A DNA stretch of 64,000 bases from Candidatus Binataceae bacterium (GTDB lineage Bacteria; Desulfobacterota; Binatia; Binatales; Binataceae): positions 10,546 through 74,545 of the forward strand of contig DATKPK010000264.1 of assembly GCA_035524095.1 (NCBI GenBank). Direction: 5' to 3'. The position numbers and the translations under genes were made by a program. The notes below the pieces were generated by a model. The model was not told the origin of the DNA, made no database searches, and saw only the letters and a list, made by a program, of their open reading frames with translations. Of the stretch, positions 19,499-28,046 are shown piece after piece (the first letter of the stretch is position 1; every line of letters begins with the position of its first letter).

Positions 19499-20761
19499 CG
19501 GAGTAAGTAGTCTTGAGAGGATAGTGGTAGTACGCTGCCAGATTCGATTCAGTTGTTATCGTTGACTATCGATCCACGCGTCCGCCATCCCAGAGCTGTT
19601 GGGTAATCGAGCGGTGGTCCGATTCCGGCGCTTCAGGAGCTGCGAAAGACGACTACGCGCGGAATCATCGAGCGAGATTCATATTTACTCAACATGGCCG
19701 ATCTTCAACAAGATAGAGCCACGCTACTTCGTGTAGGATAGGTCCGGCAAAGGGTGAAGAACGCGAAGCGTGCAGCAGGTTCAACTGCTATTTTGCAACT
19801 CGATCGGGAATAGCGACCTTAAGCTGAGCCTTCAATACGATGTTAAGTTGTTGTCAATACTGTGCTTTGAGGTGAGTTACAATTTAACCTTGCCTGGAGA
19901 CACACCGTCATGGAGATCGTCGTGACTCGAACGATTCGGAGAGGTTGCATGCGATCTAGATGACGGAATCGTACGGATGCGATCCGAACTGGACGAAATG
20001 ATCGGCCCTTAATGATTGATTAGTCGAGCAAAGGAGTCTTGAATGCAAGATTAATCCGATTTGGCATGTCTGAGGTCGGTTTAGAGGAGACTAGCTTGTG
20101 CGCGGAATGACTCCTCCGCAAACTATCGCGTGTCGATCATCAGCCGAGGCTTGGTTCATCGAACTTTCATCATAAAAACCACCGGAAATTTGCCACTAGC
20201 ATCTGGCCAATAAACGTCAGTACTCCGTATAGTGGCGTCGTGACTATGTCTCTCAACGCGATCCCAGTCCGTGACCTTTCAAGTTGCGTTGCTGCGGATC
20301 GGCCACGCTCATCTGAATCTGCTCAGCGACTATGTCTCGAAGCGACACATAGTCGTCCGACGAGTCGTCTCACCTGACTATCGCTCTCCTTGAACAGCGC
20401 TAAGGGCTTCTCGAGCCCTCGGCCGTCTTTGTTTCGGCTATCTTCGCCGCGAAGGTTCGTAGGACCTCGCAGCAGAATTCCATCGAGACAGCGAAAGCCG
20501 ATTCTACAGTCTTTGGAAGGTTGCATGATTCACGACAAACCGAGGCAGGCAGTGAGTCAATTAGGTACAGACTCTGTGCTTTAGCCAGATGAGTCAAAGA
20601 CGGCTGATGAGTTGATCCCTTCTAGGAGGAGACGCTCAAAACGGCGACAACGACCAGCGCGAATCTGGTATCGGGTTTGCTCACGATCTTTCTCTTCGTG
20701 ACAGACGCTCGCGTCAGTCATTAGTCAATGAGCGATCGGTCAACGAGCGTTTCGCTGAGGA
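19499..20761. promoter_or_regulatory. 1.26 kb lower-GC non-coding divergent-promoter/leader region between wza and the regulator gene, with a repeated motif array
   Basis: The six-frame track shows no ORF above 67 aa here. TGACTATCG/TGACTATGTCTCTC-type copies sit at about 19563, 20241, 20327 and 20375. An inverted copy at about 20344-20355 forms a 9-10 bp hairpin with the 20327 copy. A GACGAGTCGTC palindrome lies at about 20359-20369. Confidence 0.6.
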
Positions 20762-21961
20762 GTGAAGGTACAAAGTAGTATGGAGCCTTTCGCGCGTATC
20801 GCACTTGGTAGAGGAGCTCCCGCCGAACTCGCACACCGCTTGGCGGCGATCGGTCTCGAATCGGTGCCGGAACGCAACTGGCATCTGGCCGACTTCGCGG
20901 TTGAGTTCGATGGCGAGGTGGGGCAGCGCAACACTGGAGTACCGATAGCCCGGATCGCGATGCGCGCCATCCCTAACGATGCGCTGCCCGCTGATTTCGC
21001 TTCGCCGAGCGTTCATGCTGTGGCTTGCTTCATTCTTTCCCGGGCGCTTTGCCTATCTGCGCCTTTTCTCACTGCTGAGGCGAGCGTGTTCGAAGTCGTT
21101 CGCTCAGTGCTAACACTGACGCGCGGACCGGCGCGCTTGGTGATTGAAGGTGAGACTGGGGTGGGTAAGCAAGCGCTAATTCGTATTGTCTTGGCCGCGG
21201 CAGGCACCGGCCAAATTGTGCGCGTCGATTGTGCTTCGTTTGACGAGGCTTCCGCCGACAAAGAATTTTCAGCGGCGATTAAAGTCCTCGCGGGCACTGG
21301 TTCCGATGTCATATCAGGGGAAGCCGCCCACGGCGGGATTCTCTTCCTCAATCGGGTCGACGAATTACCACTTTCGGCTCAGCGGCGATTACTCAACGGG
21401 ATCCATTCCGCGCCGGTGATACGCCCGCGTATCCGTTACCTTGCAACCTCAACGCAACCGCTTGGCGATCTAATGGCGCGCGGGTTGTTCGTTCCTGAAC
21501 TGCACAATCTCTTCGAGGTCGCAGTTGCGCTTTCGCCATTGCGCGAGCGTCCTGCAGACGTGGCGATGTTGGCTTCGTATTTTCTGCGCAATACCAATCC
21601 TGCGCTGGCATTGAGTGGCGGAGCTCTCAAAACTCTGACCGACTATCCTTTTCCGGGTAATGTCCGTGAGCTGCAAAATCTGATTACCAGACTCGCGATT
21701 GTGCCGCTGGCTTCCGAGAACACGGTCATTGGACGTCCGGACATCCTGGGTCAGTTAGTAGCCTCCAGTACTGGACGCCTGCGTTCGGTGCCGCAGATGG
21801 GGCGTACGGCGCCCCGCGCGCGGCCACGATCTAACGTAGTCGGACCGCCCGCCGCTGCTGGTCCAGCCGGAACGCGTAACAAAGAGAATTCTCCGTTGCG
21901 GCTGACCCCGTCTACTGTTCGGCGTCCGCCTAAGCCGCCCAACGATCCTCGTCTCAGCTGA
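20762..21961 (+). CDS. Atypical sigma54-interaction-domain (NtrC-family AAA+) regulator-like protein; GAFTGA loop degenerate, no receiver domain, no HTH
   Basis: Walker A (EGETGVGKQALIR), Walker B (GGILFLNRVDELPL), arginine finger region and sensor II (FPGNVRELQNLI) are present. The ESELFGHEKGAFTGA region is replaced by ..SADKEFSAAIKVLAGTGSDVISGEAA... The C-terminal 80 aa are Pro/Arg-rich and disordered-looking. The start may instead be the ATG at 20780 (MEPFARI..), which has a GGAG-like RBS. Confidence 0.7.
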   Translation: MKVQSSMEPFARIALGRGAPAELAHRLAAIGLESVPERNWHLADFAVEFDGEVGQRNTGVPIARIAMRAIPNDALPADFASPSVHAVACFILSRALCLSAPFLTAEASVFEVVRSVLTLTRGPARLVIEGETGVGKQALIRIVLAAAGTGQIVRVDCASFDEASADKEFSAAIKVLAGTGSDVISGEAAHGGILFLNRVDELPLSAQRRLLNGIHSAPVIRPRIRYLATSTQPLGDLMARGLFVPELHNLFEVAVALSPLRERPADVAMLASYFLRNTNPALALSGGALKTLTDYPFPGNVRELQNLITRLAIVPLASENTVIGRPDILGQLVASSTGRLRSVPQMGRTAPRARPRSNVVGPPAAAGPAGTRNKENSPLRLTPSTVRRPPKPPNDPRLS

Positions 21962-22142
21962 AACACGAATCATTGTTCAGACCTTCAGTCAAGCTTATAA
22001 TTTGCGAAAGTATTACGATTTAGTTTATAAATCTTGAATTCCTCAACCTCGAGCGCTCTGATTAAGGAATGACGCAGGCTGCCCTTGGCGGCACCAAACG
22101 CGTTCAACCCCGCCGGAGGCCGTCTCTATAGAACAAACCGAG

Positions 22143-22370
22143 GTGCAAACAACGGATAGGAAGCGGCGAGCAACTCGTTCGACCCACTGGCTATTCAACT
22201 TAGGCATCGCTATCGCGATGGCCGGACTGGCAGGGTGTGCAGCGGCTCCAGCAACGCCCCCATCGCAACGAATTGCACTGGTCACGCCTCAAAACACTCA
22301 AACTCCCAACACCGAAAGCTGGGCGAGGCTTCACAACAGTACCAGTTATTCGTGGACAAACTGGTTCTGA
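22143..22370 (+). CDS. Candidate small lipoprotein (75 aa)
   Basis: GTG start. n-region with KRR, hydrophobic h-region and lipobox LAGC (MQTTDRKRRATRSTHWLFNLGIAIAMAGLAG-C). Lies in a 470-bp convergent intergenic gap. No homology was recognised. Confidence 0.3.
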   Translation: MQTTDRKRRATRSTHWLFNLGIAIAMAGLAGCAAAPATPPSQRIALVTPQNTQTPNTESWARLHNSTSYSWTNWF

Positions 22371-22433
22371 AGATAAAGCTGGCAGCCGCGATCATCGCAG
22401 CCGCCCGCCAGCTGAACAGGCATAGGCTCGGCG

Positions 22434-23564
22434 CTAATTCAGCGCGTAATAGCGCTTGGCTCCCCCGGCCAGTACGTTAGCCTCAATCGCAGGCGGCATC
22501 CCCATTGCCTTGATCATTTTGGGCGCGTCGGGAAAGCCATCCAAATGCGGATAGTCGGTCGCCCAAAGGATGTTGTCTGAACCGATGTAGTCGGCGAGCA
22601 ACGGCAAAGAGCCCTCGACCGGCTCGAATGAGATAAAGCATTGGCGCCGGAATATCTCAGACGGCCGGGTGTTAAGCCGGGTATCATTCATGCCTTGATC
22701 GTCGAAATGACGATCCATCCGGTCGAGCCATCCCGCCATCCAGCCGCCGCCGGACTCCAGCAATGCGATTCTGAGGTTCGGAAAGCGATCGCAGACGCCG
22801 CACATGATTAGGCTGGTCGCCGCAGCCATCATCTCGAATGTATGCGCTACGCAATGCCGTACCGCACCGCCGCGAGTGAAACGATCCATCCCCAGCGTCG
22901 GCTGGCCGCTTTCAGAACCGCCGTGAATCCCTATCCCGAACCCTAGCGCCTGAGCCTGTTCCCATAACGGGTCGTTGGCGGGGTCATGCAACGCCCGCCC
23001 GTTATAAGGATTCGGGCGAATGAAACCGGCACGGAAGCCCAGTTCGTTGACTGCGAAATCCATTTCCTCGATGGCGTACTCCACGCTTTGCATCGGCAGC
23101 ATCGCCGCGCCGAACAGCCGCTCTGGATACGAATGACAATAGTCTGCGAGCCAGCGATTGTAGGCACGGCAGGCGGCTGCGGCAAATACTGGCTCTTTGA
23201 TCGAACCCAGGAACAGCCCCAGGCTTGGATAGAGGAAGGCCGCATCGACGCCCTCGGCATCCATGTCCGGGATGCGCGCGTGCGGATCGAAGCCGCCTTT
23301 CCGGCCTTCGCTATAAGGCATCTTCGGAGAGGTTTTGCCGTCGCGTGATCCATAGGCGCCGACAGCGCCGAAGCTGACGCGTTTCTTACCACGACTCAAG
23401 TCAACCGCGTCGTCGTACTCGACGCGAAAGATTTCAGCGCCATTCTCGAGTACGATCAGCTTGGGGCATCCTTCGCGGAACTTGGGCTCCATGTAGCGTT
23501 CCCACAAATCGGGTGGCTCGAGGATGTGCCCATCCGCGTCGATGACGTTGTAGGTTTGGGCCAT
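22434..23564 (-). CDS. Amidohydrolase-2 family metal-dependent hydrolase (ACMSD-like)
   Basis: MAQTYNVIDADGHILEP.. N-terminus (His-x-His metal site) and ..WATDYPHLDG.. C-terminal motif. Start moved to the internal ATG at 23564, which has a GAGGTG RBS. The track ORF extends to 23627. Confidence 0.8.
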   Translation of the reverse strand: MAQTYNVIDADGHILEPPDLWERYMEPKFREGCPKLIVLENGAEIFRVEYDDAVDLSRGKKRVSFGAVGAYGSRDGKTSPKMPYSEGRKGGFDPHARIPDMDAEGVDAAFLYPSLGLFLGSIKEPVFAAAACRAYNRWLADYCHSYPERLFGAAMLPMQSVEYAIEEMDFAVNELGFRAGFIRPNPYNGRALHDPANDPLWEQAQALGFGIGIHGGSESGQPTLGMDRFTRGGAVRHCVAHTFEMMAAATSLIMCGVCDRFPNLRIALLESGGGWMAGWLDRMDRHFDDQGMNDTRLNTRPSEIFRRQCFISFEPVEGSLPLLADYIGSDNILWATDYPHLDGFPDAPKMIKAMGMPPAIEANVLAGGAKRYYALN

Positions 23565-23818
23565 AGCGCACACCTCTGCATTCTTGAATTTGATAGAATC
23601 AAAGCACAGCGGCATTCGTCCCGACAAGCCGTCAACCTCGCTTGGGGCCTGACATTCCTTTCCCGGCTCGGATCGAAGGGAATCGTTCGCCGACGTTACT
23701 CGAGGACCAGGGAAGACGGAGGGTCATCCTCTGGCGCAATCTGCGCGACGCATGATAACAGAATTGGTTCGCGGCAAAGCCAGTCACAGGCGATAGCGAT
23801 GCTGCAGGAGTTTGAAGT

Positions 23819-24601
23819 ATGAGCCTCAGGCTTGATGGGAAGAACGCTCTGATAACTGGAGCCGCGAGCGGTATCGGCCGCGCCTCCGCGATCCGCTTTG
23901 CCGAAGAGGGCGCGAATGTCGCGGTTGCGGATCGCAATCAATCTGCCGCTGAAGAAACGTCCGCCGAGGTGCGCAAACTTGGCCGTAAAGGGATCGCACT
24001 CGAGGTAGACGTGAGCGATCCCGCGCAAGTCAATGCGATGGTCGAGCGAACCCTCAAAGAACTCGGCGGAGTAGATGTCCTGCTGGCCGCCGCTGGCGTC
24101 TCACATGCTCGCTACGGCGAGGGTCAAGTCAAGCACAAGCTGCTGCATGAGTTATCTTTTGAGGAATGGCGCCGCCTGATGGCGATCAACCTTGACGGCT
24201 GCTTTTTGACCTGTCAGGCAGTGGCTCGCGAGATGATAAAGCAGAATCGCGGCGGACGCATCATCGCGATCGCCTCAGGAGCAGCCAAGGTTCCTATCAA
24301 AGGATCGGGCGAATACGCAGTCAGCAAGGCGGGCGTGTGGATGCTGATGAAAAACATGGCGCTCGAACTCGGCCGTTACAACATCACGGCCAACGCGATC
24401 GGTCCAGGCGTGATCGATACGCCGATGACTAAGGATCTGCAGAGCAGTCGCAATTTCGAGAGGATGATCGGCCAGGTTCCTCTGCGCCGGATGGGTCAGC
24501 CGGTCGATGTCGCCAATACGGCTTTATTTCTCGCTAGTGAGGAAGGCCGCTACTTCACCGGTTCGATTCTCCATCCCGATGGCGGCTTTGTCATGCAGTA
24601 A
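23819..24601 (+). CDS. SDR-family oxidoreductase (FabG-like)
   Basis: ALITGAASGIGRASAIRFAEEGANVAV, NAA..G motif and YxxxK catalytic region (YAVSKAG). Confidence 0.85.
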   Translation: MSLRLDGKNALITGAASGIGRASAIRFAEEGANVAVADRNQSAAEETSAEVRKLGRKGIALEVDVSDPAQVNAMVERTLKELGGVDVLLAAAGVSHARYGEGQVKHKLLHELSFEEWRRLMAINLDGCFLTCQAVAREMIKQNRGGRIIAIASGAAKVPIKGSGEYAVSKAGVWMLMKNMALELGRYNITANAIGPGVIDTPMTKDLQSSRNFERMIGQVPLRRMGQPVDVANTALFLASEEGRYFTGSILHPDGGFVMQ

Positions 24602-24642
24602 AATGAGCGCCTCGAAATCCGTTTCCGCACAGCGGAATAAGA

Positions 24643-25140
24643 ATGGAGTGTAGTTATTTGCCATTGAAGCGGTGGGCCCGACTCATTGTAGCTATCAGCC
24701 TGATAGCGCTGATCGGCCTCGTGATTCCGGCGGGTGGTCGCGCTGTTGCCCAAGACATGAACATGGATTCCAGTGACTCGGGCAGCATGATGCTGCCGCC
24801 ACCGGGAGCCGGGTCAGCACCGAATCCAACGCAACCACCGCCGATGCAGCCGATGCGCATTATGCAGCCGATTACCGGCTCGATGGCGGTGGCGCCGCCG
24901 TATGGAGTTGCGCCCTTGAAGGTCGGCTTCTTTGTGTTAGCGAACGATCCCGAAGGAATTGGCTTTCTTACGTATTCATGGAATTTCGGCGACGGCACCG
25001 TCTCGTCGTTACCGCCCGAACTGTATATCTTCCACACCTATAATAGTGCAGGAACCTATGTCTGTACGCTGACGATCAAGACGGTTGACGGTCGCTCAAA
25101 GACCTTCGTCCAGGGTGTAGACGTCCAGGCGCCTGCTTGA
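24643..25140 (+). CDS. Secreted PKD-domain protein
   Basis: Signal peptide/TM and a Pro/Met-rich linker. PKD signature ..YSWNFGDGTVS..HTYNSAGTYVCTLTIKTVDG... Confidence 0.7.
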   Translation: MECSYLPLKRWARLIVAISLIALIGLVIPAGGRAVAQDMNMDSSDSGSMMLPPPGAGSAPNPTQPPPMQPMRIMQPITGSMAVAPPYGVAPLKVGFFVLANDPEGIGFLTYSWNFGDGTVSSLPPELYIFHTYNSAGTYVCTLTIKTVDGRSKTFVQGVDVQAPA

Positions 25141-25145
25141 ACGCG

Positions 25146-25862
25146 CTAGAACTTTTCTTTGAAGGGCCGCACTTCGAGCTCCATCGTCCAAGCACTGCGG
25201 TCCTGATGAGCCAGGTGCCAGTAAGTCTCGGCAATCGCATCCGGCTTGAGTAAGTCTTCGTCTTTGACGTTCGGCAGACGCTCGCGCAGACGTGGCAAGT
25301 CTATGATGCCATCAACATTGATCCACGCTACGTGAATGCCCTTTGGACCGAGGTCGCGGGCGAGCGCCTGCGCTAAGCCGCGCATCGCGAACTTCGCGGG
25401 CCCAAACGCGACCGATTTCGGCCCAGCCTTAACCCCGGCGGTCGCGCCAGTAAAGAGCATTACGCCATGGCCCCCCGCGATCATCGGAGAGGCGACTTCC
25501 TTCGCCGCGATGAATGCTCCGTAACTGTTCACGCGCCAGCTGGTCTCGAATTGCTCGGGCGAAATCTCCAGAACAGAGCCCCAGGTCCCGGAACCGGCGT
25601 TGTAGAGCAATACTTCAGGATCACCAAGGCGATCGCGGATTTGGCGGAAGGCCGCTTTGAGTTGCACGCTATCGCCGACGTCCGCCGGTACGGCAAGCGC
25701 AAGTTCACCTGAGGCTTTGACATCGTTCGCTAGCGACCTTAGGTAATCGCCGCTACGGGCGACCATCGCGACGTTGTATTGCTTGGCGAAGCGGCGTACT
25801 AGCGCGGCGCCGAGCCCTGGTCCGACTCCGGTAACAACTGCTACGGGCTTGCTCTCAGCCAT
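25146..25862 (-). CDS. SDR-family oxidoreductase, paralogue of 1455-2177
   Basis: 238 aa, collinear with the 1455-2177 protein and roughly 50% identical by eye (AVVTGVGPGLGAAL.., ..HQDRSAWTMELEVRPFKEKF). Confidence 0.8.
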   Translation of the reverse strand: MAESKPVAVVTGVGPGLGAALVRRFAKQYNVAMVARSGDYLRSLANDVKASGELALAVPADVGDSVQLKAAFRQIRDRLGDPEVLLYNAGSGTWGSVLEISPEQFETSWRVNSYGAFIAAKEVASPMIAGGHGVMLFTGATAGVKAGPKSVAFGPAKFAMRGLAQALARDLGPKGIHVAWINVDGIIDLPRLRERLPNVKDEDLLKPDAIAETYWHLAHQDRSAWTMELEVRPFKEKF

Positions 25863-25938
25863 TCTCTCCTCACTTCAGGCGCACCCTCTTACGAGCGTGC
25901 GCTTGGTTTCCCTCTAAGATCTACCCGCCGACCCGGCG

Positions 25939-26640
25939 TCAGTTTCCGGCGATAGGCAGAACGGTCACCTTTCCGCTTGCCAATGCATAGCGTGCCGCAA
26001 CGATCTTTAGCTGGCCGCTCTTTACCAATGGCGCAAATGAGGTCTCAGCAGCAAGCTGTTTCGCGATCAACTCGGCATTAACGTTGATCGCATTGTTCAG
26101 AAGATCGCCGCTCATCCCCTTGGCCTCTCGCACCGCTGGATAGATATTCTTCAACATCGTGCCCGCCATCCGCTCAGGATACGAGCTAATCGCCGCTTTG
26201 ACCGCGCCGCACTGATCGTGACCCATCACAACAATCAGCCGTACGCCCAGATGCATGACCGAATAGGCCAGGCTTTCCAACACAAGGTTGTTGTAGGTAT
26301 TGCCCGCGACCCGTGAGACGAAAATCGTCCCAATCCCTTGATCAAAGATAATCTCAGGCGGAACCCGCGAATCTGAGCAGGATAAGATCGCCGCAATCGG
26401 ATGCTGATCCGCCGCCGACGGTCGCTGATCCGGATGTTCCGCAGCGTTACTCACATAGCGCCGGTTGCCATCGAGCAGTTGTTGCAGGGCCTTGTCCGGC
26501 GGAACCGACGGCGCTGATGCGTCAGGCAGCGCTGAAGTTGCGACCCCCATTACCATTACCAGCGAAAGTACCGAACCCAAAATTCCAACTAGCATCATGC
26601 CTCGCGTCCGTCTCACGACTTGTTTCCGATAATCACCCAT
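25939..26640 (-). CDS. Beta-class carbonic anhydrase with N-terminal signal/anchor
   Basis: CSDSRVPPE and GHDQCGAV zinc-ligand motifs; N-terminal hydrophobic segment. Confidence 0.85.
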   Translation of the reverse strand: MGDYRKQVVRRTRGMMLVGILGSVLSLVMVMGVATSALPDASAPSVPPDKALQQLLDGNRRYVSNAAEHPDQRPSAADQHPIAAILSCSDSRVPPEIIFDQGIGTIFVSRVAGNTYNNLVLESLAYSVMHLGVRLIVVMGHDQCGAVKAAISSYPERMAGTMLKNIYPAVREAKGMSGDLLNNAINVNAELIAKQLAAETSFAPLVKSGQLKIVAARYALASGKVTVLPIAGN

Positions 26641-26691
26641 CAGCCTTAACCCCCCTGTACCATCTCACTGAAAGTAGCCGACCCGCGCACG

Positions 26692-27231
26692 GTGAGCCAA
26701 CAATTGACTCAGTGCGGCCCGTTTCCGCTAACCTGTAAGAGCATGCGGACGCCGATATCTCAGCGGATGGCTTCGATCGTTTTGTTGACCGTCGTTGCTC
26801 TCACAGGATGCATGCAGAATCAAATTGACGCCAACAATCGTCAACTTGAGGCTGAGCAAACTGAACTGGATCAGCTCAGACAGCAGGTAAAGGTCCTACA
26901 GAACCAGAGCGGTCAAGGTTCCTACACAACTCCGCCGATCGCCCCCAATGCTTGCGACTCCGATGTGATGAAAGACGCCACCCGTAAGGGTGGTGAGCGG
27001 ATGGCTTCGGGCAATCCCGCGGACGCGGTTGGTTACTATCAGGACGCGGTGACCGCGTGCCCGGGCAGTGCCGAGGCACAGCTCAACCTCGCCCATGCTT
27101 ATGAGATCACCGGTGACAATCCTGCCGCCCTTCAGCACTATCGGCTGGCCGCCGCCGCATCGGGACCGAATGCCAATCCCGCAGCCGTAAAGAAGGCTCG
27201 CGACGCCATTACTCGCTTGAGCTCCTCCTAA
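26692..27231 (+). CDS. Lipoprotein with coiled-coil and TPR-like repeat
   Basis: Lipobox ALTGC after a hydrophobic stretch; Q/L-rich coiled coil; TPR-like AEAQLNLAHAYEITGDNPAALQHY. The start may be the internal Met (MRTPISQRMASIVLL). Confidence 0.55.
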   Translation: MSQQLTQCGPFPLTCKSMRTPISQRMASIVLLTVVALTGCMQNQIDANNRQLEAEQTELDQLRQQVKVLQNQSGQGSYTTPPIAPNACDSDVMKDATRKGGERMASGNPADAVGYYQDAVTACPGSAEAQLNLAHAYEITGDNPAALQHYRLAAAASGPNANPAAVKKARDAITRLSSS

Positions 27232-27370
27232 TGGAACTTCCGCTGTCGGCGGGAACCAAACTTTAGTTCCGCCGTTTACCGATCGAGCTAGTTCGGCGTG
27301 AGACCCTTGGGTGAGCTTCTGGGGAGAGGCGCACCGTGATGGAGGGACCGAGCCGCTAAGGGGATAGAGC

Positions 27371-27805
27371 ATGAGTTCGCGACTGTGTTCGGTGTCGTCT
27401 GAAGCGGCCGGCCAGGCCGGCGAAGCTGGGGTGATTCTGCCCTGCCAGTACCATGACCTCTCGGGCGGAGGTTACCGGCTAACCGGTGAACAGCGGCTGA
27501 TGCTGGCGCTGCTGGCCGATGCGATTAATGTCTATCAGAAAGGCGCACTTTCCGGAGCGTTGCGGGCCCGGAGGCTCTACGCCGACGCTGAGCAATGGAT
27601 TATGACCGACCGGCCGGGGCTGTGCGGGCTGGCCTTTCCCACCGTATGCGAAGCGCTCGGGATTAACGCTACGCGCCTGCGCCGACGCCTGCTTGACTGG
27701 AAGTATTCACTGCGCCATCAGCATGGCGATCGCTCGGCATTGCACTTCCAAACGCCCCATCGGGAGCGCCGCCCCCTCGCACCGCGCCAGATTTCAAGCA
27801 ATTAG
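27371..27805 (+). CDS. Hypothetical protein; C-terminal region resembles a Fis-type HTH
   Basis: 144 aa ORF with no recognised family. The segment FPTVCEALGINATRLRRRLLDW resembles HTH recognition helices of the Fis/NtrC type. The real start may be an internal Met. Confidence 0.35.
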   Translation: MSSRLCSVSSEAAGQAGEAGVILPCQYHDLSGGGYRLTGEQRLMLALLADAINVYQKGALSGALRARRLYADAEQWIMTDRPGLCGLAFPTVCEALGINATRLRRRLLDWKYSLRHQHGDRSALHFQTPHRERRPLAPRQISSN

Positions 27806-28046
27806 GTATCGCTCAAGTAGATTCTCGGCGCCTCGCAAGGAAGAAGAGCGCGGAAGTTGTCAGAAACAGATTGTGTCGGGTCCCCTCGGTCTGCGCAGTG
27901 GCGTGGATCTGTCTCATCCGCTGACAGACAAAGCACTCTCGTTGCGTTTGGTCATTCCCTCTGCGGTGCGGTAAATCAAGGCGATGGCTGAGCATTCGGT
28001 TTGATTAGCCAGTCTTTGAAGTGTCCGAGGCAGGAGGATTTTCCAC

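Noticed and set aside
19740-19790. Weak resemblance of CGGCAAAGGGTGAAGAACGCGAAGCG to the c-di-GMP-I (GEMM) riboswitch core
   Set aside because: Only short partial matches to GGCAAAC and GACGCAAAGCC. The orientation is away from the EPS operon and about 1 kb from the plus-strand gene. Needs an Infernal scan; it was not convincing by eye.
19499-20761. RfaH ops/JUMPstart element (GGCGGTAG) in the EPS leader
   Set aside because: No CTACCGCC/GGCGGTAG match found on either strand by eye.
20400-20761. Sigma54 -24/-12 promoter (TGGCAC-N5-TTGC) near the EBP-like gene or in the wza leader
   Set aside because: No GG-N10-GC element with flanking consensus was found on either strand. This is consistent with the EBP-like protein lacking GAFTGA, but absence by eye is not proof.
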